Assembly: GCA_963800915.1 (NCBI GenBank)
Contig: CAWDCR010000012.1
Coordinates: 11,255-75,254 of the forward strand
DNA from: an uncultured Gammaproteobacteria bacterium
Lineage (GTDB): Bacteria; Pseudomonadota; Gammaproteobacteria; Steroidobacterales; Woeseiaceae
DNA length: 64,000 nucleotides
Direction of reading: 5' to 3'
How positions within the stretch are numbered: the first letter of the stretch is position 1; the number at the start of each line of letters is the position of its first letter. The notes beneath the pieces were generated by a model. The model did no database searches, had not been told where the DNA came from, and was given only the letters and a program-made list of their open reading frames with translations. The translations under genes were made by a program, and so were the position numbers. Shown here piece by piece: positions 40,031 through 49,790 of this stretch.

Positions 40031-41941
40031 ATGTCCGAATCCATTGCCACGCCCGGCACGTTCAAATTCCGCGATCTGCAGCTCGCCGCACCACTCCTCA
40101 CGGCGCTCGATGAGATTGGCTACGAGTCGCCGACGCCCATTCAGCAACAGGCGATTCCGATCCTGCTCGAGGGTCGGGATCTGTTAGGACACGCCCCGAC
40201 CGGTACCGGCAAGACGGCGGCGTTTGCCTTGCCGCTGCTGTCGCGACTCGATATGCAGAACAATGCCGTGCAGGTCATGACGCTCGCGCCGACGCGCGAA
40301 CTGGCGATCCAGGTTGCTGAAGCGTTTCAGCGTTACGCCTCGCACATCAAGGGTTTCCACGTACTACCGATCTACGGCGGCCAGGAATACGGCGGCCAGA
40401 TTCGCCAGCTGAAGCGCGGCGTGCAGGTGGTCGTCGGCACGCCCGGTCGCGTGATGGATCACATGCGCAAGGGCACGCTGAAGCTCGACAAGCTGCAGGC
40501 GCTGGTGCTGGACGAGGCCGATGAAATGCTGCGCATGGGATTCATCGACGAAGTCGAATGGATTCTCGAGCAGACGCCGAAGAACCGGCAGATGGCATTG
40601 TTCTCGGCAACGATGCCGAAGCAGGTCGAGCGCATCGCGCGTCGCCACCTGAACAATCCGCAGGAAATTTCCATCAAGGCGCGCACCGCCACTGCCGAGA
40701 CCATCCGGCAGCGCTACTGGCAGGTCAGCGGGCTGCACAAGCTGGATGCCCTGACCCGCATTCTGGAAGTCGAGCCGTTCGATGCGATCCTGATGTTCGT
40801 GCGCACCAAGACCGCGACGACCGAACTGGCGGAACGCCTTGAAGCGCGCGGTTATGCCGCCGCCGCGATGAACGGCGACATGGTGCAAAGTCAGCGCGAG
40901 CAGATGGTCGAGCGTTTGAAAAAAGGTTCACTCGATATCCTGGTCGCGACCGATGTCGCCGCCCGCGGCCTCGACGTCGATCGCATCAGTCACGTCGTTA
41001 ACTACGACATTCCGTACGACGCCGAGGCCTACATTCATCGCATCGGCCGCACCGGCCGCGCCGGCCGCCAGGGCGAAGCAATTCTGTTCGTGGCGCCGCG
41101 CGAACAGCGCATGCTGTACGTCATCGAAAAAGCCACGCGGCAAAAAATTGAAAAGCTCGTGTTGCCGACCACGGAAACGGTCAACAACAAGCGCATCGCG
41201 GATTTCAAACAGAAGATCACCGACACGCTGGCCTCCGGCGACCTGGCGTTCATGCAGGGCCTGATCGAACAGTACCGACTCGAGCATGACGTGCCGGCTC
41301 TGGAGATCGCTGCCGCACTCGCCAAAATGTCCATCGGTGAAAAACCGTTATTGCTGGCCCCCGATGCAGAGCGGCCGGCGCGACACGCGAAGGATGCAAG
41401 GCCAAACAGGGGCGACAAGGCCGGCGGCAAGCCGTTCGATAAAAAGCGTGGGCGCGACAGCGAGCCTCGCAAGCTGGATGCCGACAAGGAACGCTACCGT
41501 CTGGAAGTCGGCCACAAACATGGCGTGAAGCCCGGCAATATCGTCGGCGCGATTGCCAACGAAGCGGGTCTCGACGGCGAGCACATCGGCAGCATCGATA
41601 TCCAGGAAGAGTTCAGCCTCGTCGACCTGCCACGCGGCATGCCGCGTGACGTCTTCATGGACCTGAAGAAAGTACGGGTCTGTGGCCAGGCCATCAAAAT
41701 CACCGCGGTCGGCAAGACCATGGAGCCGCAGAAGAAAAGAAAACCGAAGTTCTCCAAAGACGATAAGCCGGGCGCGAAAGGCGGGAAGCCGGGCGCGAAG
41801 CAGACGGGCAAGCAGAACGCCGCGAAGAGCGACACGCTGCACGTCAAATCGAAAGGCAAGCCGGGCGCTGCGAAGGGCAGGAAGCCAGGGGCGAAAGGTA
41901 AAGGCAAGGTCAAAGGCAAGCCGGGCGCTGCGAAGCCATAG
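40031..41941 (+). CDS. deaD: DEAD-box RNA helicase DeaD/CsdA
   Basis: PTPIQ, TGTGKT, PTRELA, DEAD, SAT, HRIGRTGRAG; DbpA-type domain (VKPGNIVGAIANE); Lys-rich tail. Confidence 0.93.
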   Translation: MSESIATPGTFKFRDLQLAAPLLTALDEIGYESPTPIQQQAIPILLEGRDLLGHAPTGTGKTAAFALPLLSRLDMQNNAVQVMTLAPTRELAIQVAEAFQRYASHIKGFHVLPIYGGQEYGGQIRQLKRGVQVVVGTPGRVMDHMRKGTLKLDKLQALVLDEADEMLRMGFIDEVEWILEQTPKNRQMALFSATMPKQVERIARRHLNNPQEISIKARTATAETIRQRYWQVSGLHKLDALTRILEVEPFDAILMFVRTKTATTELAERLEARGYAAAAMNGDMVQSQREQMVERLKKGSLDILVATDVAARGLDVDRISHVVNYDIPYDAEAYIHRIGRTGRAGRQGEAILFVAPREQRMLYVIEKATRQKIEKLVLPTTETVNNKRIADFKQKITDTLASGDLAFMQGLIEQYRLEHDVPALEIAAALAKMSIGEKPLLLAPDAERPARHAKDARPNRGDKAGGKPFDKKRGRDSEPRKLDADKERYRLEVGHKHGVKPGNIVGAIANEAGLDGEHIGSIDIQEEFSLVDLPRGMPRDVFMDLKKVRVCGQAIKITAVGKTMEPQKKRKPKFSKDDKPGAKGGKPGAKQTGKQNAAKSDTLHVKSKGKPGAAKGRKPGAKGKGKVKGKPGAAKP

Positions 41942-42017
41942 CGCTAGCTTTGAATCGATTGCGGCGATCGGCCCTTGGCAAATCTTATAATATTTGCCAG
42001 TTGCGCACCGTTGTTGT

Positions 42018-43616
42018 TCAGTCGCTGATTAACATCAAGAAACGGCTCGGGTGGCGATCCATCACGTTGTCTTCGAAGCCGGCAACCTGCGGTTTCACCA
42101 TGTGCTTGCTGACATAAAAATACAGCGGCGCAACCGGGTAATCGTTGATCAGCGCTGACTCTGCCAGTTGCATAATGGCTGCACTCTCGCGGAGGTCCGT
42201 CTGTCGTGCGGCGCCGGCGAGCAGTCCGTCGTAATTCGCGTTCTGGTAGCCGGCCAGGTTCTGCGGACTGTCAGACTTGAATATCTCCAGGAAGGTCATC
42301 GCCGCGTTGTAGTCGCCAAACCAGCTGAAGCGCATGACATCCCATTCCGCGCGCTGGCTGCGCGTGTCGAGAAAATACTGCCACTCCCTTTTGTCGAGCG
42401 TGGTCTCGACGCCGAGAACGTCACGCCACATCGACTCGACGGTTAGCGCGATCTTTTCGTGTACGCCGCCGGCATCGTAGAGCAGCTGGATAGCGAGTGG
42501 CTTTTCGGTCGAGTAGCCGGCTTCCAGGTAGAGCCTGCGTGCCTCAAGTTCGCGCTGCTCGCGCGACAGGTTTGCCCAGCTGTATTGCGCACGCTCGTAG
42601 CTGGCAACGCCGGGTGGCACGACACCAAACGCCGGCTGCTCACCGCGACCAATGATCGTCACCAGCTGCTGGCGATCGATCGCCATCGTCAGCGCCTGCC
42701 GCAACAGTGGCTTGTCGAAAGGCGGTTGCGTCAGGTCGAAGGCGAGGTAGTAGAGCGCGAGTGACGGTGCGATGCGTGCCTCAGATCCGAAATCATCTGT
42801 GGCTGTGCCGATCAGGTCACTCGGAATGACGTGCGTGATCTCGAGCTCGCCTGCCCGATACATATTGAACTCGGCAAGCGGGTCGACAACCGGGAAATAG
42901 ATGACCTCGTCAAGCGCGACACTGTTGCTGTTCCAGAAATGTTCGTTGCGTTGCAGGTGAACAGGGCCGTTGACTGCGCGGCGCAGCAGACTGAACGCGC
43001 CGTTGGAAATAATCGTGTCATCGACGTCATCATTGGCAGCCGCATGGCGTGGCACGGCGATGGGCAGGGCGAGGACTGATAGCCAGTGATTCGACGGCGC
43101 CGCCAGGTCGATGCGCAGCGTGTCATCCGAAACGGCCGTTATGCCGAGCTCAGCCGGCGCTTTCTCGCCAGTGACGATCCCGGAAAAATTACGCACCGGC
43201 TGCAGCAGAAATGACAGCGGTGCAGCGGTTTGCGGCGACGCAACGTGGCGGAACGCCCTGACGAAATCCGCTGCGACAACAGGATCACCGTTGGACCAGC
43301 GGGCGTCCGGCCTGAGCGCAAAGGTATAGACGAGTCCGTCATCACTAACTGTCCAGGATTCCGCGACACCGGGAATCAGGCTGCCGTCAGCCGCCTCCGC
43401 CAGCAGGCCTTCATAAAGATCGGCGAGGATATTAAAGGCATGAATATCCTCGGCCAGCGCCGGGTCCAGCGAGCCGGGAACCCCGCCATTGCCGCGGCGC
43501 AGGACGCTCCGGTCATTGCTTAAGGCGTCCGAACCGGGCGGCCCGCCGCAAGCCGCGACTGCCAGCAGGGCAGCGGCCATCAATCCCGGCAAAAGCAGCA
43601 GTCGCTTCTTAAACAT
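42018..43616 (-). CDS. oppA: Oligopeptide ABC substrate-binding lipoprotein (OppA-like, orphan here)
   Basis: Lipobox VAAC; SLDPA; LYEGL; WSNGDPVVAADFV; SNGAF; RQALTMAIDR. Confidence 0.85.
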   Translation of the reverse strand: MFKKRLLLLPGLMAAALLAVAACGGPPGSDALSNDRSVLRRGNGGVPGSLDPALAEDIHAFNILADLYEGLLAEAADGSLIPGVAESWTVSDDGLVYTFALRPDARWSNGDPVVAADFVRAFRHVASPQTAAPLSFLLQPVRNFSGIVTGEKAPAELGITAVSDDTLRIDLAAPSNHWLSVLALPIAVPRHAAANDDVDDTIISNGAFSLLRRAVNGPVHLQRNEHFWNSNSVALDEVIYFPVVDPLAEFNMYRAGELEITHVIPSDLIGTATDDFGSEARIAPSLALYYLAFDLTQPPFDKPLLRQALTMAIDRQQLVTIIGRGEQPAFGVVPPGVASYERAQYSWANLSREQRELEARRLYLEAGYSTEKPLAIQLLYDAGGVHEKIALTVESMWRDVLGVETTLDKREWQYFLDTRSQRAEWDVMRFSWFGDYNAAMTFLEIFKSDSPQNLAGYQNANYDGLLAGAARQTDLRESAAIMQLAESALINDYPVAPLYFYVSKHMVKPQVAGFEDNVMDRHPSRFLMLISD

Positions 43617-43700
43617 CTGATTTCAATACCTAAAAGTGCTGTGACGGGTCGTGACTGCCGGCGGTCCGATAGCACCGGCTGGCAAACCGGTACGCAGCGC

Positions 43701-43742
43701 TTGACCATATCCATAATTGGGTATACTGTCCCCAATTATGGA
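43701..43742 (+). promoter_or_regulatory. Promoter with perfect 12-bp inverted-repeat operator overlapping the DUF6502 start
   Basis: TTGACC (43701), TATACT (43722), spacer only 15 bp; TCCATAATTGGG-N9-CCCAATTATGGA (43710-43742). Confidence 0.75.
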
Positions 43743-44556
43743 ATCCGACCAGAAAACCCTGATCGCTGACGCCTGCAGAAAGGTGCTGCGCCCCCTCGTG
43801 TCGATGCTGCTGAAATGCGGCATGACGTGGAAGGAGTTCGCAGACCTGTCCAAGTCCGTTTTTGTGCAGTCGGCCAGTGAAGAATACGGAATCAAGGGAC
43901 GCCCGACCAACGTTTCACGCGTCTCGATCCTGACCGGCATCGATCGCAAGGAGGTGAAGCGCCAGCGCGAGCTGCTGGCAGCCGAGGCATCACCGGTACG
44001 GGGCAAGACGACCGATGCAACCAAGGTGCTGTCCGGCTGGTTCCAGGATCCCGAGTTTCTCGACGAGAGCGGTGAACCGCGGTTGCTGGTCGAAGCCGGC
44101 AGCAATCCCAGTTTCGAGACGCTGTGCGATCGCTACGCGGGCGACATTGCAACGCCAACCATGCTCAAAGAGTTACTGAAGACCCGCGCGGTGGCGCGCC
44201 AGCCAGACGGCACACTCAAGGTCCTGAGTCGTTATTACCAGCCGGCAGTGCGCGACGACGAGAACCTGTTGTTCGCCGTCGACCGCATCCGCGATGTCAT
44301 CGACACGATGAACAACAACGTGTTCCCCGGCGACACCGGCGTGCCGCGCTTTGGTGGCTACGCCGATAACGAGGCGCTGCCGCTTTCCGTCGTACCCGAG
44401 TTCCGGGAATACCTCGACAAGCGCGGCCAGGCCTTCCTCGAAGAAATTGACGACTGGCTTGCGGAGCACGCGGCTTCCGGCAAACCAGGCGAAACAGAAA
44501 CGGCGAGAGTGGGCATCAGCCTGTTCGCCACCGAAAGAAAGAACCCCAAGGAGTAA
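43738..44556 (+). CDS. DUF6502-family protein, probable HTH regulator
   Basis: LRPLVSMLL..G; NVSRVSILTGIDRKEV; VLSGWFQDPEF; directly upstream of DUF5666 as usual. Confidence 0.8.
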   Translation: MESDQKTLIADACRKVLRPLVSMLLKCGMTWKEFADLSKSVFVQSASEEYGIKGRPTNVSRVSILTGIDRKEVKRQRELLAAEASPVRGKTTDATKVLSGWFQDPEFLDESGEPRLLVEAGSNPSFETLCDRYAGDIATPTMLKELLKTRAVARQPDGTLKVLSRYYQPAVRDDENLLFAVDRIRDVIDTMNNNVFPGDTGVPRFGGYADNEALPLSVVPEFREYLDKRGQAFLEEIDDWLAEHAASGKPGETETARVGISLFATERKNPKE

Positions 44557-44561
44557 AGACG

Positions 44562-46040
44562 ATGAATGTTCAAAAACTGCTGATATTGATGGGCTGCCTG
44601 CTTGCAGCAACCGGCTTCACCGCCTGCGGTGGCGGAGGTTCGGATGGCGCCGCGCCGCCACCGCCACCGCCTCCGCCTCCGCCCGGTGGCGGTATCGGTC
44701 GCAACGGCGTTGCGATTGGGCCGATCGCGAATTTTGGCAGCATCATCGTTAACGGCGTTACCTACAACACCGACACGGCGAGCTTCACCATCAACGACGA
44801 CATCGGCCAGCAAAGCGATCTCCGCGTCGGCCAGGTTGTGTCCGTCAGTGGCACGATTGATAACAATGGCACGTCAGGCACTGCCAGCCAGGTTACTTTC
44901 GACGACAACGTCAAAGGCCCCGTGGAAAGTATTGATCAGGCTGCGAGTCAACTGATTGTGCTCGGCCAGACTGTACTGGTGCGTCCTGAAACGTCGTTCG
45001 ACGACAGCTTCAATCCGCCATCACTGGACGGCGTCAGCATTGGTCAGATTGTCGAGGTCAGCGGCCAGTTCGATGCAAGTGGCAATATCGTTGCGACCCG
45101 GCTGGAACCGAAGCCCCCGGGCACGCCATTCGAAGTGCACGGTACCGTCAGTAATCTCGATTCGGCGAACCTGCGTTTCAACCTCAATAACCTGGTCGTC
45201 GACTACCGCAGTGCGACGCTCGATAACTTCAACGGCGGCCAGATCAGCAACGGCAATTTCGTCGAAGCGAAAGGCACGGCGCTCGGCAATGCCGGAGAGC
45301 TGCTGGCGACCAAGGTGGAACTCGAGACCCTGCTGCCCGGTGCGGTAAGCGGTGCCTACGTAGAAATCGAGGGCTTTATTACGCGCTTCGCGTCAGCGCA
45401 GGACTTCGACCTGAACGGTTTGCGGGTTACTACCACGGCAGGTACTACGTTTGAGGGCGGAGTCGCCGCTGATCTAGGACTCAATATCAAGCTTGAAGCC
45501 GAAGGCAAGATTGATGCGAACGGTGTGCTGGTCGCCACCAAGATCGACATTCGCAGGGCTAAAGTCGTGCGCATGACAGCCAACGCCGACTCGGTCAACG
45601 CGATCAACAACACGCTGGTCGTGCTCGGCATAACGGTAACAGTCGACGCACTGACGCGGCTCGAAGACAAGAGCAATGCCGATATCGAACCGCTGCGGAT
45701 CGGCGACCTGAACGCGGGCGATTACCTCGAGATCCGCGGCGGCGAGGTTCCCGCAGGCAGCGGCGCCGTGCTCGCAACCATTCTTGAGCGCGAGGACCCG
45801 GATCCCCGCACCGAGCTGCAGGGCTTCGTTGCAACGATCAGCAACCCCTCGTTCGTGATCCTCGGCGTAACGATAGAAACGAGCGGCGGCACGGTCTTTC
45901 GCGACATTAATGGCAATGCCATTTCCGCGACCGACTTCTTCAACCAGCTCGCGCCAAACTCGCTGGTTAAAGCGCGCGGCACCGAGGTCACCGCAACGAC
46001 CATCGCGGCGAGCGAAGTTGAATTCGAACTGGAGTTCTAG
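44562..46040 (+). CDS. DUF5666 repeat lipoprotein
   Basis: Lipobox FTAC-GGGG; poly-Pro; GGGIGRNG; FGSIIVNG; repeated (L/I)xxGxx(V/L)E(V/I)xG units. Confidence 0.85.
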   Translation: MNVQKLLILMGCLLAATGFTACGGGGSDGAAPPPPPPPPPPGGGIGRNGVAIGPIANFGSIIVNGVTYNTDTASFTINDDIGQQSDLRVGQVVSVSGTIDNNGTSGTASQVTFDDNVKGPVESIDQAASQLIVLGQTVLVRPETSFDDSFNPPSLDGVSIGQIVEVSGQFDASGNIVATRLEPKPPGTPFEVHGTVSNLDSANLRFNLNNLVVDYRSATLDNFNGGQISNGNFVEAKGTALGNAGELLATKVELETLLPGAVSGAYVEIEGFITRFASAQDFDLNGLRVTTTAGTTFEGGVAADLGLNIKLEAEGKIDANGVLVATKIDIRRAKVVRMTANADSVNAINNTLVVLGITVTVDALTRLEDKSNADIEPLRIGDLNAGDYLEIRGGEVPAGSGAVLATILEREDPDPRTELQGFVATISNPSFVILGVTIETSGGTVFRDINGNAISATDFFNQLAPNSLVKARGTEVTATTIAASEVEFELEF

Positions 46041-46078
46041 GTAACGCTGCACGAATCCAAAACAGCGCGCCCAACATG

Positions 46079-46110
46079 AGGGGCCTGCCGAACTAAGGCC
46101 CCTTATTTAT
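46079..46110 (+). terminator. Probable terminator after DUF5666
   Basis: AGGGGCCT-N9-AGGCCCCT followed by TATTTAT. Confidence 0.55.
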
Positions 46111-46213
46111 CCCGAACCAAACAACGTGACCTTTCCAGGTCAGGGCCCGCAGGAAAGATTCGTCCGAAATTTCAATGTGTATGACACACAGAGCACGACG
46201 CAAGGGGAATACC

Positions 46214-47572
46214 ATGAACAAGCAAACGACATCCGCCACTCGCCAGCGACCGCACGCAACCGCGCTGCTATTAGTCCTGGCTGCCTTTGCGGGAGCGACA
46301 GCACCAGAAGCTGCCGCGGATGAAACGCAGTTCCTGCGGGCTGATCAAGCAGCACAGGATCAGCGCTTCGCGGACATGCAGCGCATCTACGAGCAGGTAT
46401 TGCAGGCTCAACCTGGCAACGTCAGGGCGTTGACAGGCCGCGCGGCCGCGCAGGCCTGGCAGGGCGATTTCTCTGCAGCGCAGGACAGCTACGCGCGAGC
46501 AATCGCGATTGAACCGAAGAACATTGATGCACAGGTCGGTCTCGGCTATGCGTTTGCCTGGGCGGGGCAGTACACGGAGGCGCACACGGCGTTCGGACAC
46601 GCGCTTCGCATCGATCCCATGGACCTCGGCGCGAGAAAGGGAATTGCCTACAGCTATTACTGGGCAGGCGAGCACGAACTCGCGCTCCAGGCCTTCGATA
46701 TCGCGCAGAGCCTGGCGCCGAATGACGCGGAAATCATCGAGGCGGTCGGCCGGGTAAACCTGTCACGCGGCAGGTCACGGGATGCCGTGCGCTATTTCGA
46801 CACGGCTCTGCAGATTGATCCGCAGCGCGACAGCGCGCGACTCGCGCGACGTAGCGCATACCTGTCGGCGCCCGAACTTGAAATGAGTACGCGAGTGGGC
46901 TCGACCAGCGGAGTTGGATCCGGGTTGCGCTCATTCGAACTCGCCCACTGGGCATCGCCGACAACGCGTTTCGCGGCGCGCTATGACAACAGCCTGGGTC
47001 TCGACAACGCCTCCATCGCCGATCGAGGCGAAGACGCACCGGGTTATTTCCTGTCCGCGCAGCAGCGCGTCCACGAGCGCTGGACCGCGAGCGTCGAGCT
47101 GGGTCGCCGCGACCTGGCGGCCGGCTACCAGAACATCGTAACTGCGCAGGGCGTCTACAGCGCATCGCGGGCCTCGTATCGCCTTGGCGCACAGGTTGGC
47201 AATCACCCGGCGGGCCATACCGATCGACTGTTGTTCGGTGGCGTCAACCTGCCTGTGCGTGACCGATGGCGACTGGAGCCGGTGTTCTACGTGTCGCAGT
47301 CCGGCGCGGACAGCGACGACGAATGGCGCGGTGTGGTCAATCTGGAATACGCGTCGCCGTCGGTGTGGACCTTTGGCGGCTTCGCGGGCGCCGGCCAGAT
47401 CAGCGCGTCGAACCCGGCCTTCGATGGCAGCATCGTGCTGCTCGGTGCCTGGGCCAACCTGTTGGTCTCGGATCGGCATACCGTGCATCTGCTGCTGCGC
47501 CGCGAAGAATCGCCAACCGCAAACATCACGGTAGCGGAGCTTGGCTTCACCTACCGCGTGCCTGGCAACTAA
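46214..47572 (+). CDS. Exported TPR + outer-membrane beta-barrel protein (YaiO/PgaA-like porin)
   Basis: Signal peptide; ~5 TPRs; amphipathic beta-strands ending ELGFTYR. Confidence 0.7.
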   Translation: MNKQTTSATRQRPHATALLLVLAAFAGATAPEAAADETQFLRADQAAQDQRFADMQRIYEQVLQAQPGNVRALTGRAAAQAWQGDFSAAQDSYARAIAIEPKNIDAQVGLGYAFAWAGQYTEAHTAFGHALRIDPMDLGARKGIAYSYYWAGEHELALQAFDIAQSLAPNDAEIIEAVGRVNLSRGRSRDAVRYFDTALQIDPQRDSARLARRSAYLSAPELEMSTRVGSTSGVGSGLRSFELAHWASPTTRFAARYDNSLGLDNASIADRGEDAPGYFLSAQQRVHERWTASVELGRRDLAAGYQNIVTAQGVYSASRASYRLGAQVGNHPAGHTDRLLFGGVNLPVRDRWRLEPVFYVSQSGADSDDEWRGVVNLEYASPSVWTFGGFAGAGQISASNPAFDGSIVLLGAWANLLVSDRHTVHLLLRREESPTANITVAELGFTYRVPGN

Positions 47573-47582
47573 GGGAACGACA

Positions 47583-49352
47583 ATGACGACTCCCTGTATT
47601 CCGGCAACAGAGGTTAACCGGCAGGCTGCGACCAGCATGCCACTGCGCGAAATCGCCGATCGATCACCGGCAATGTTCGTGTTCCTTTTCACTCTCTGGG
47701 TCGCTGCGCTGTTCTGGTTTGGGCCGCGGCTCATCGCGTCACTCGATGCGGCAACGGGTCCGGTTTCCCTGTTCGCGCAAAGCTACTTCGTCGTTTTTGT
47801 CTGCGTGGCCTGGCTGTACGGCTTGTACAACGTGTCGGTCGTGACGTTCGCCGTCTACACCCGAATCAGGAATCGCTTCTCTCCCGCGGCCGTAGCCGAA
47901 CGCGACGACTGCAACATTCCGGTGGCCGTGCTCTACACCACGTGCAACGACTTTGTCGAAGCCGGTGCGAGCTCCTGCGCGCGCATACAGTACCCGAACT
48001 ACCGGGTCTACCTGCTCGATGACAGTACCGACCCGGACTACCAAAGGAAGGTGGACAAGTTTGCGCAGCAATACGGGCACGTCGAAGTTGTGCGTCGCAA
48101 GTACCGCGAAGGCTTCAAAGCCGGCAACCTGAACTACGCGCTGAAGCACGTCGTTACCGAGCCTTATTTCGTCATTGCCGATTCCGACGAAATCCTGCCG
48201 CGCAACTTTTTGTCGAAACTGGTGCCACGAATCGTCGCCGATCCGCAATGCGGCTTTATCCAGGCTAACCACAAATGCATAAGGCAAGGCACCAAGCTGC
48301 AGCAGGACATGTGTCACGGTATCGATATTCACTGGAAGTGGTACCAGCCGCTGCGCAACCGGTTCGGTTTTGTCATGTTTCTCGGGCACGGCGCCATTCT
48401 TCGCAAAAGCTGCTGGGATAAAGCCGGTGGCTTCCCGGAGCTGGTCAGCGAAGATCTCGCCTATGCCATCGCGATTCGCGAACTGGGCTATTACGGCACT
48501 TTTGCGGCGGATGTGACCTGTATGGAGGAGTTTCCGCACTCGGTACGCGCGTTCCGCGTGCGGCATGTCAAATGGACGCGTGGAACCTGCGAGTTTCTGC
48601 ATCGCTTCGCGCCGCGCCTGATTCGCTCCAGGAACATTTCGTGGACCGAGAAGCTCGACATACTTTTTCCGACCGCAAACATGCCGCTAACACTGTTTTT
48701 CTTTATCTTCATGATAATGACCGCGATCGTGCTGCCGGTGAGTATCGGTGAACGTACCGTGCTTACGCTGGAGACCGGGTTCAGCGCACTGCAGGTTCCC
48801 GTCGTGAAAATGCCGCAGGCGATGAACGTGTTGTACACCTGGGACTTCTACCTGATGACTCTCGTCGCGCTGGTCTCGCCACTGCTGTGCTTCATGCTGG
48901 CGATGTGGCGCACGCCTGTCAGGTTGCTGCGCTTCCTGGCGCATTCGACGTCCCTGTACGCTGCACTCGCACCACTTTCCACGATTTGCGTTATTGGCTA
49001 TCTCAAAACACGCGCAGCGCGATTCCTGGTGACCGGCGATGCGAACACGGGTAGCGTATCCAGAGACTATTGGGCCGATACCCACCCGGATTCGGTCACG
49101 ACGCAGCGCCTGGAGTGGATGGCCGCCTGGGTATTCCTGCTTGGCGCGCTCGTCAGCTTCCAGATCGCCTTGTTTGGACTGGCGATCGGCTATGCCTTGC
49201 TGGCCGTCATGCACAACGCGGACTGGGGACGGCCCGGATTACAGACGATGACCTGGGTGCCGTTTACGTTTATCGCGACGGGCATCGCCCTCGGCGGTAT
49301 TAGCCTGTTCGGCATGCAGGCGGTGTTCTTCGGCTTCGGATTTCACTTCTGA
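47583..49352 (+). CDS. Processive GT2 glycan synthase-like membrane protein
   Basis: 2 N-terminal TMs; LLDDS, FKAGNLN, DSD, SED, RHVKWTRG; multiple C-terminal TMs; no PilZ. Confidence 0.85.
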   Translation: MTTPCIPATEVNRQAATSMPLREIADRSPAMFVFLFTLWVAALFWFGPRLIASLDAATGPVSLFAQSYFVVFVCVAWLYGLYNVSVVTFAVYTRIRNRFSPAAVAERDDCNIPVAVLYTTCNDFVEAGASSCARIQYPNYRVYLLDDSTDPDYQRKVDKFAQQYGHVEVVRRKYREGFKAGNLNYALKHVVTEPYFVIADSDEILPRNFLSKLVPRIVADPQCGFIQANHKCIRQGTKLQQDMCHGIDIHWKWYQPLRNRFGFVMFLGHGAILRKSCWDKAGGFPELVSEDLAYAIAIRELGYYGTFAADVTCMEEFPHSVRAFRVRHVKWTRGTCEFLHRFAPRLIRSRNISWTEKLDILFPTANMPLTLFFFIFMIMTAIVLPVSIGERTVLTLETGFSALQVPVVKMPQAMNVLYTWDFYLMTLVALVSPLLCFMLAMWRTPVRLLRFLAHSTSLYAALAPLSTICVIGYLKTRAARFLVTGDANTGSVSRDYWADTHPDSVTTQRLEWMAAWVFLLGALVSFQIALFGLAIGYALLAVMHNADWGRPGLQTMTWVPFTFIATGIALGGISLFGMQAVFFGFGFHF

Positions 49353-49790
49353 ATACCCTGTTTGCAAGCGACCCGGCGGGTTTCACAAGGATCATTACAA
49401 GGACCTGATTGCTTACCTGTTCGATAAAAAACCCGGCGATGAGCGGGTGTTGACCGCGTGCGTCAACGTGCCCGGTTCCGAGAAGGAAATTGGCAGCTAC
49501 CGCCCGAAGTCGAGCACTGGCAGATTACTTTTGATAGCTAGCCGCCCTGCGGACGCTGCGATCGCCGATTAGCTGCGTTGGTCAGCCGCCTATGCCTGCC
49601 GCGCCCTCTGCCGGCAAAACCGGTATTATCCGCAGCCTGAATCCCCAGTACCCCGCAGCCGCGAGCGATGCCGGTCGCTAATCGACACGGCAATTCGTGG
49701 AATCAGTGAACCATCGGCGCCGAAAGCATCTATAAAGCTACGCTCGGCGCGAATCGCGCGGGACACCGGGAAAAACACAGGAGCCAAAGA

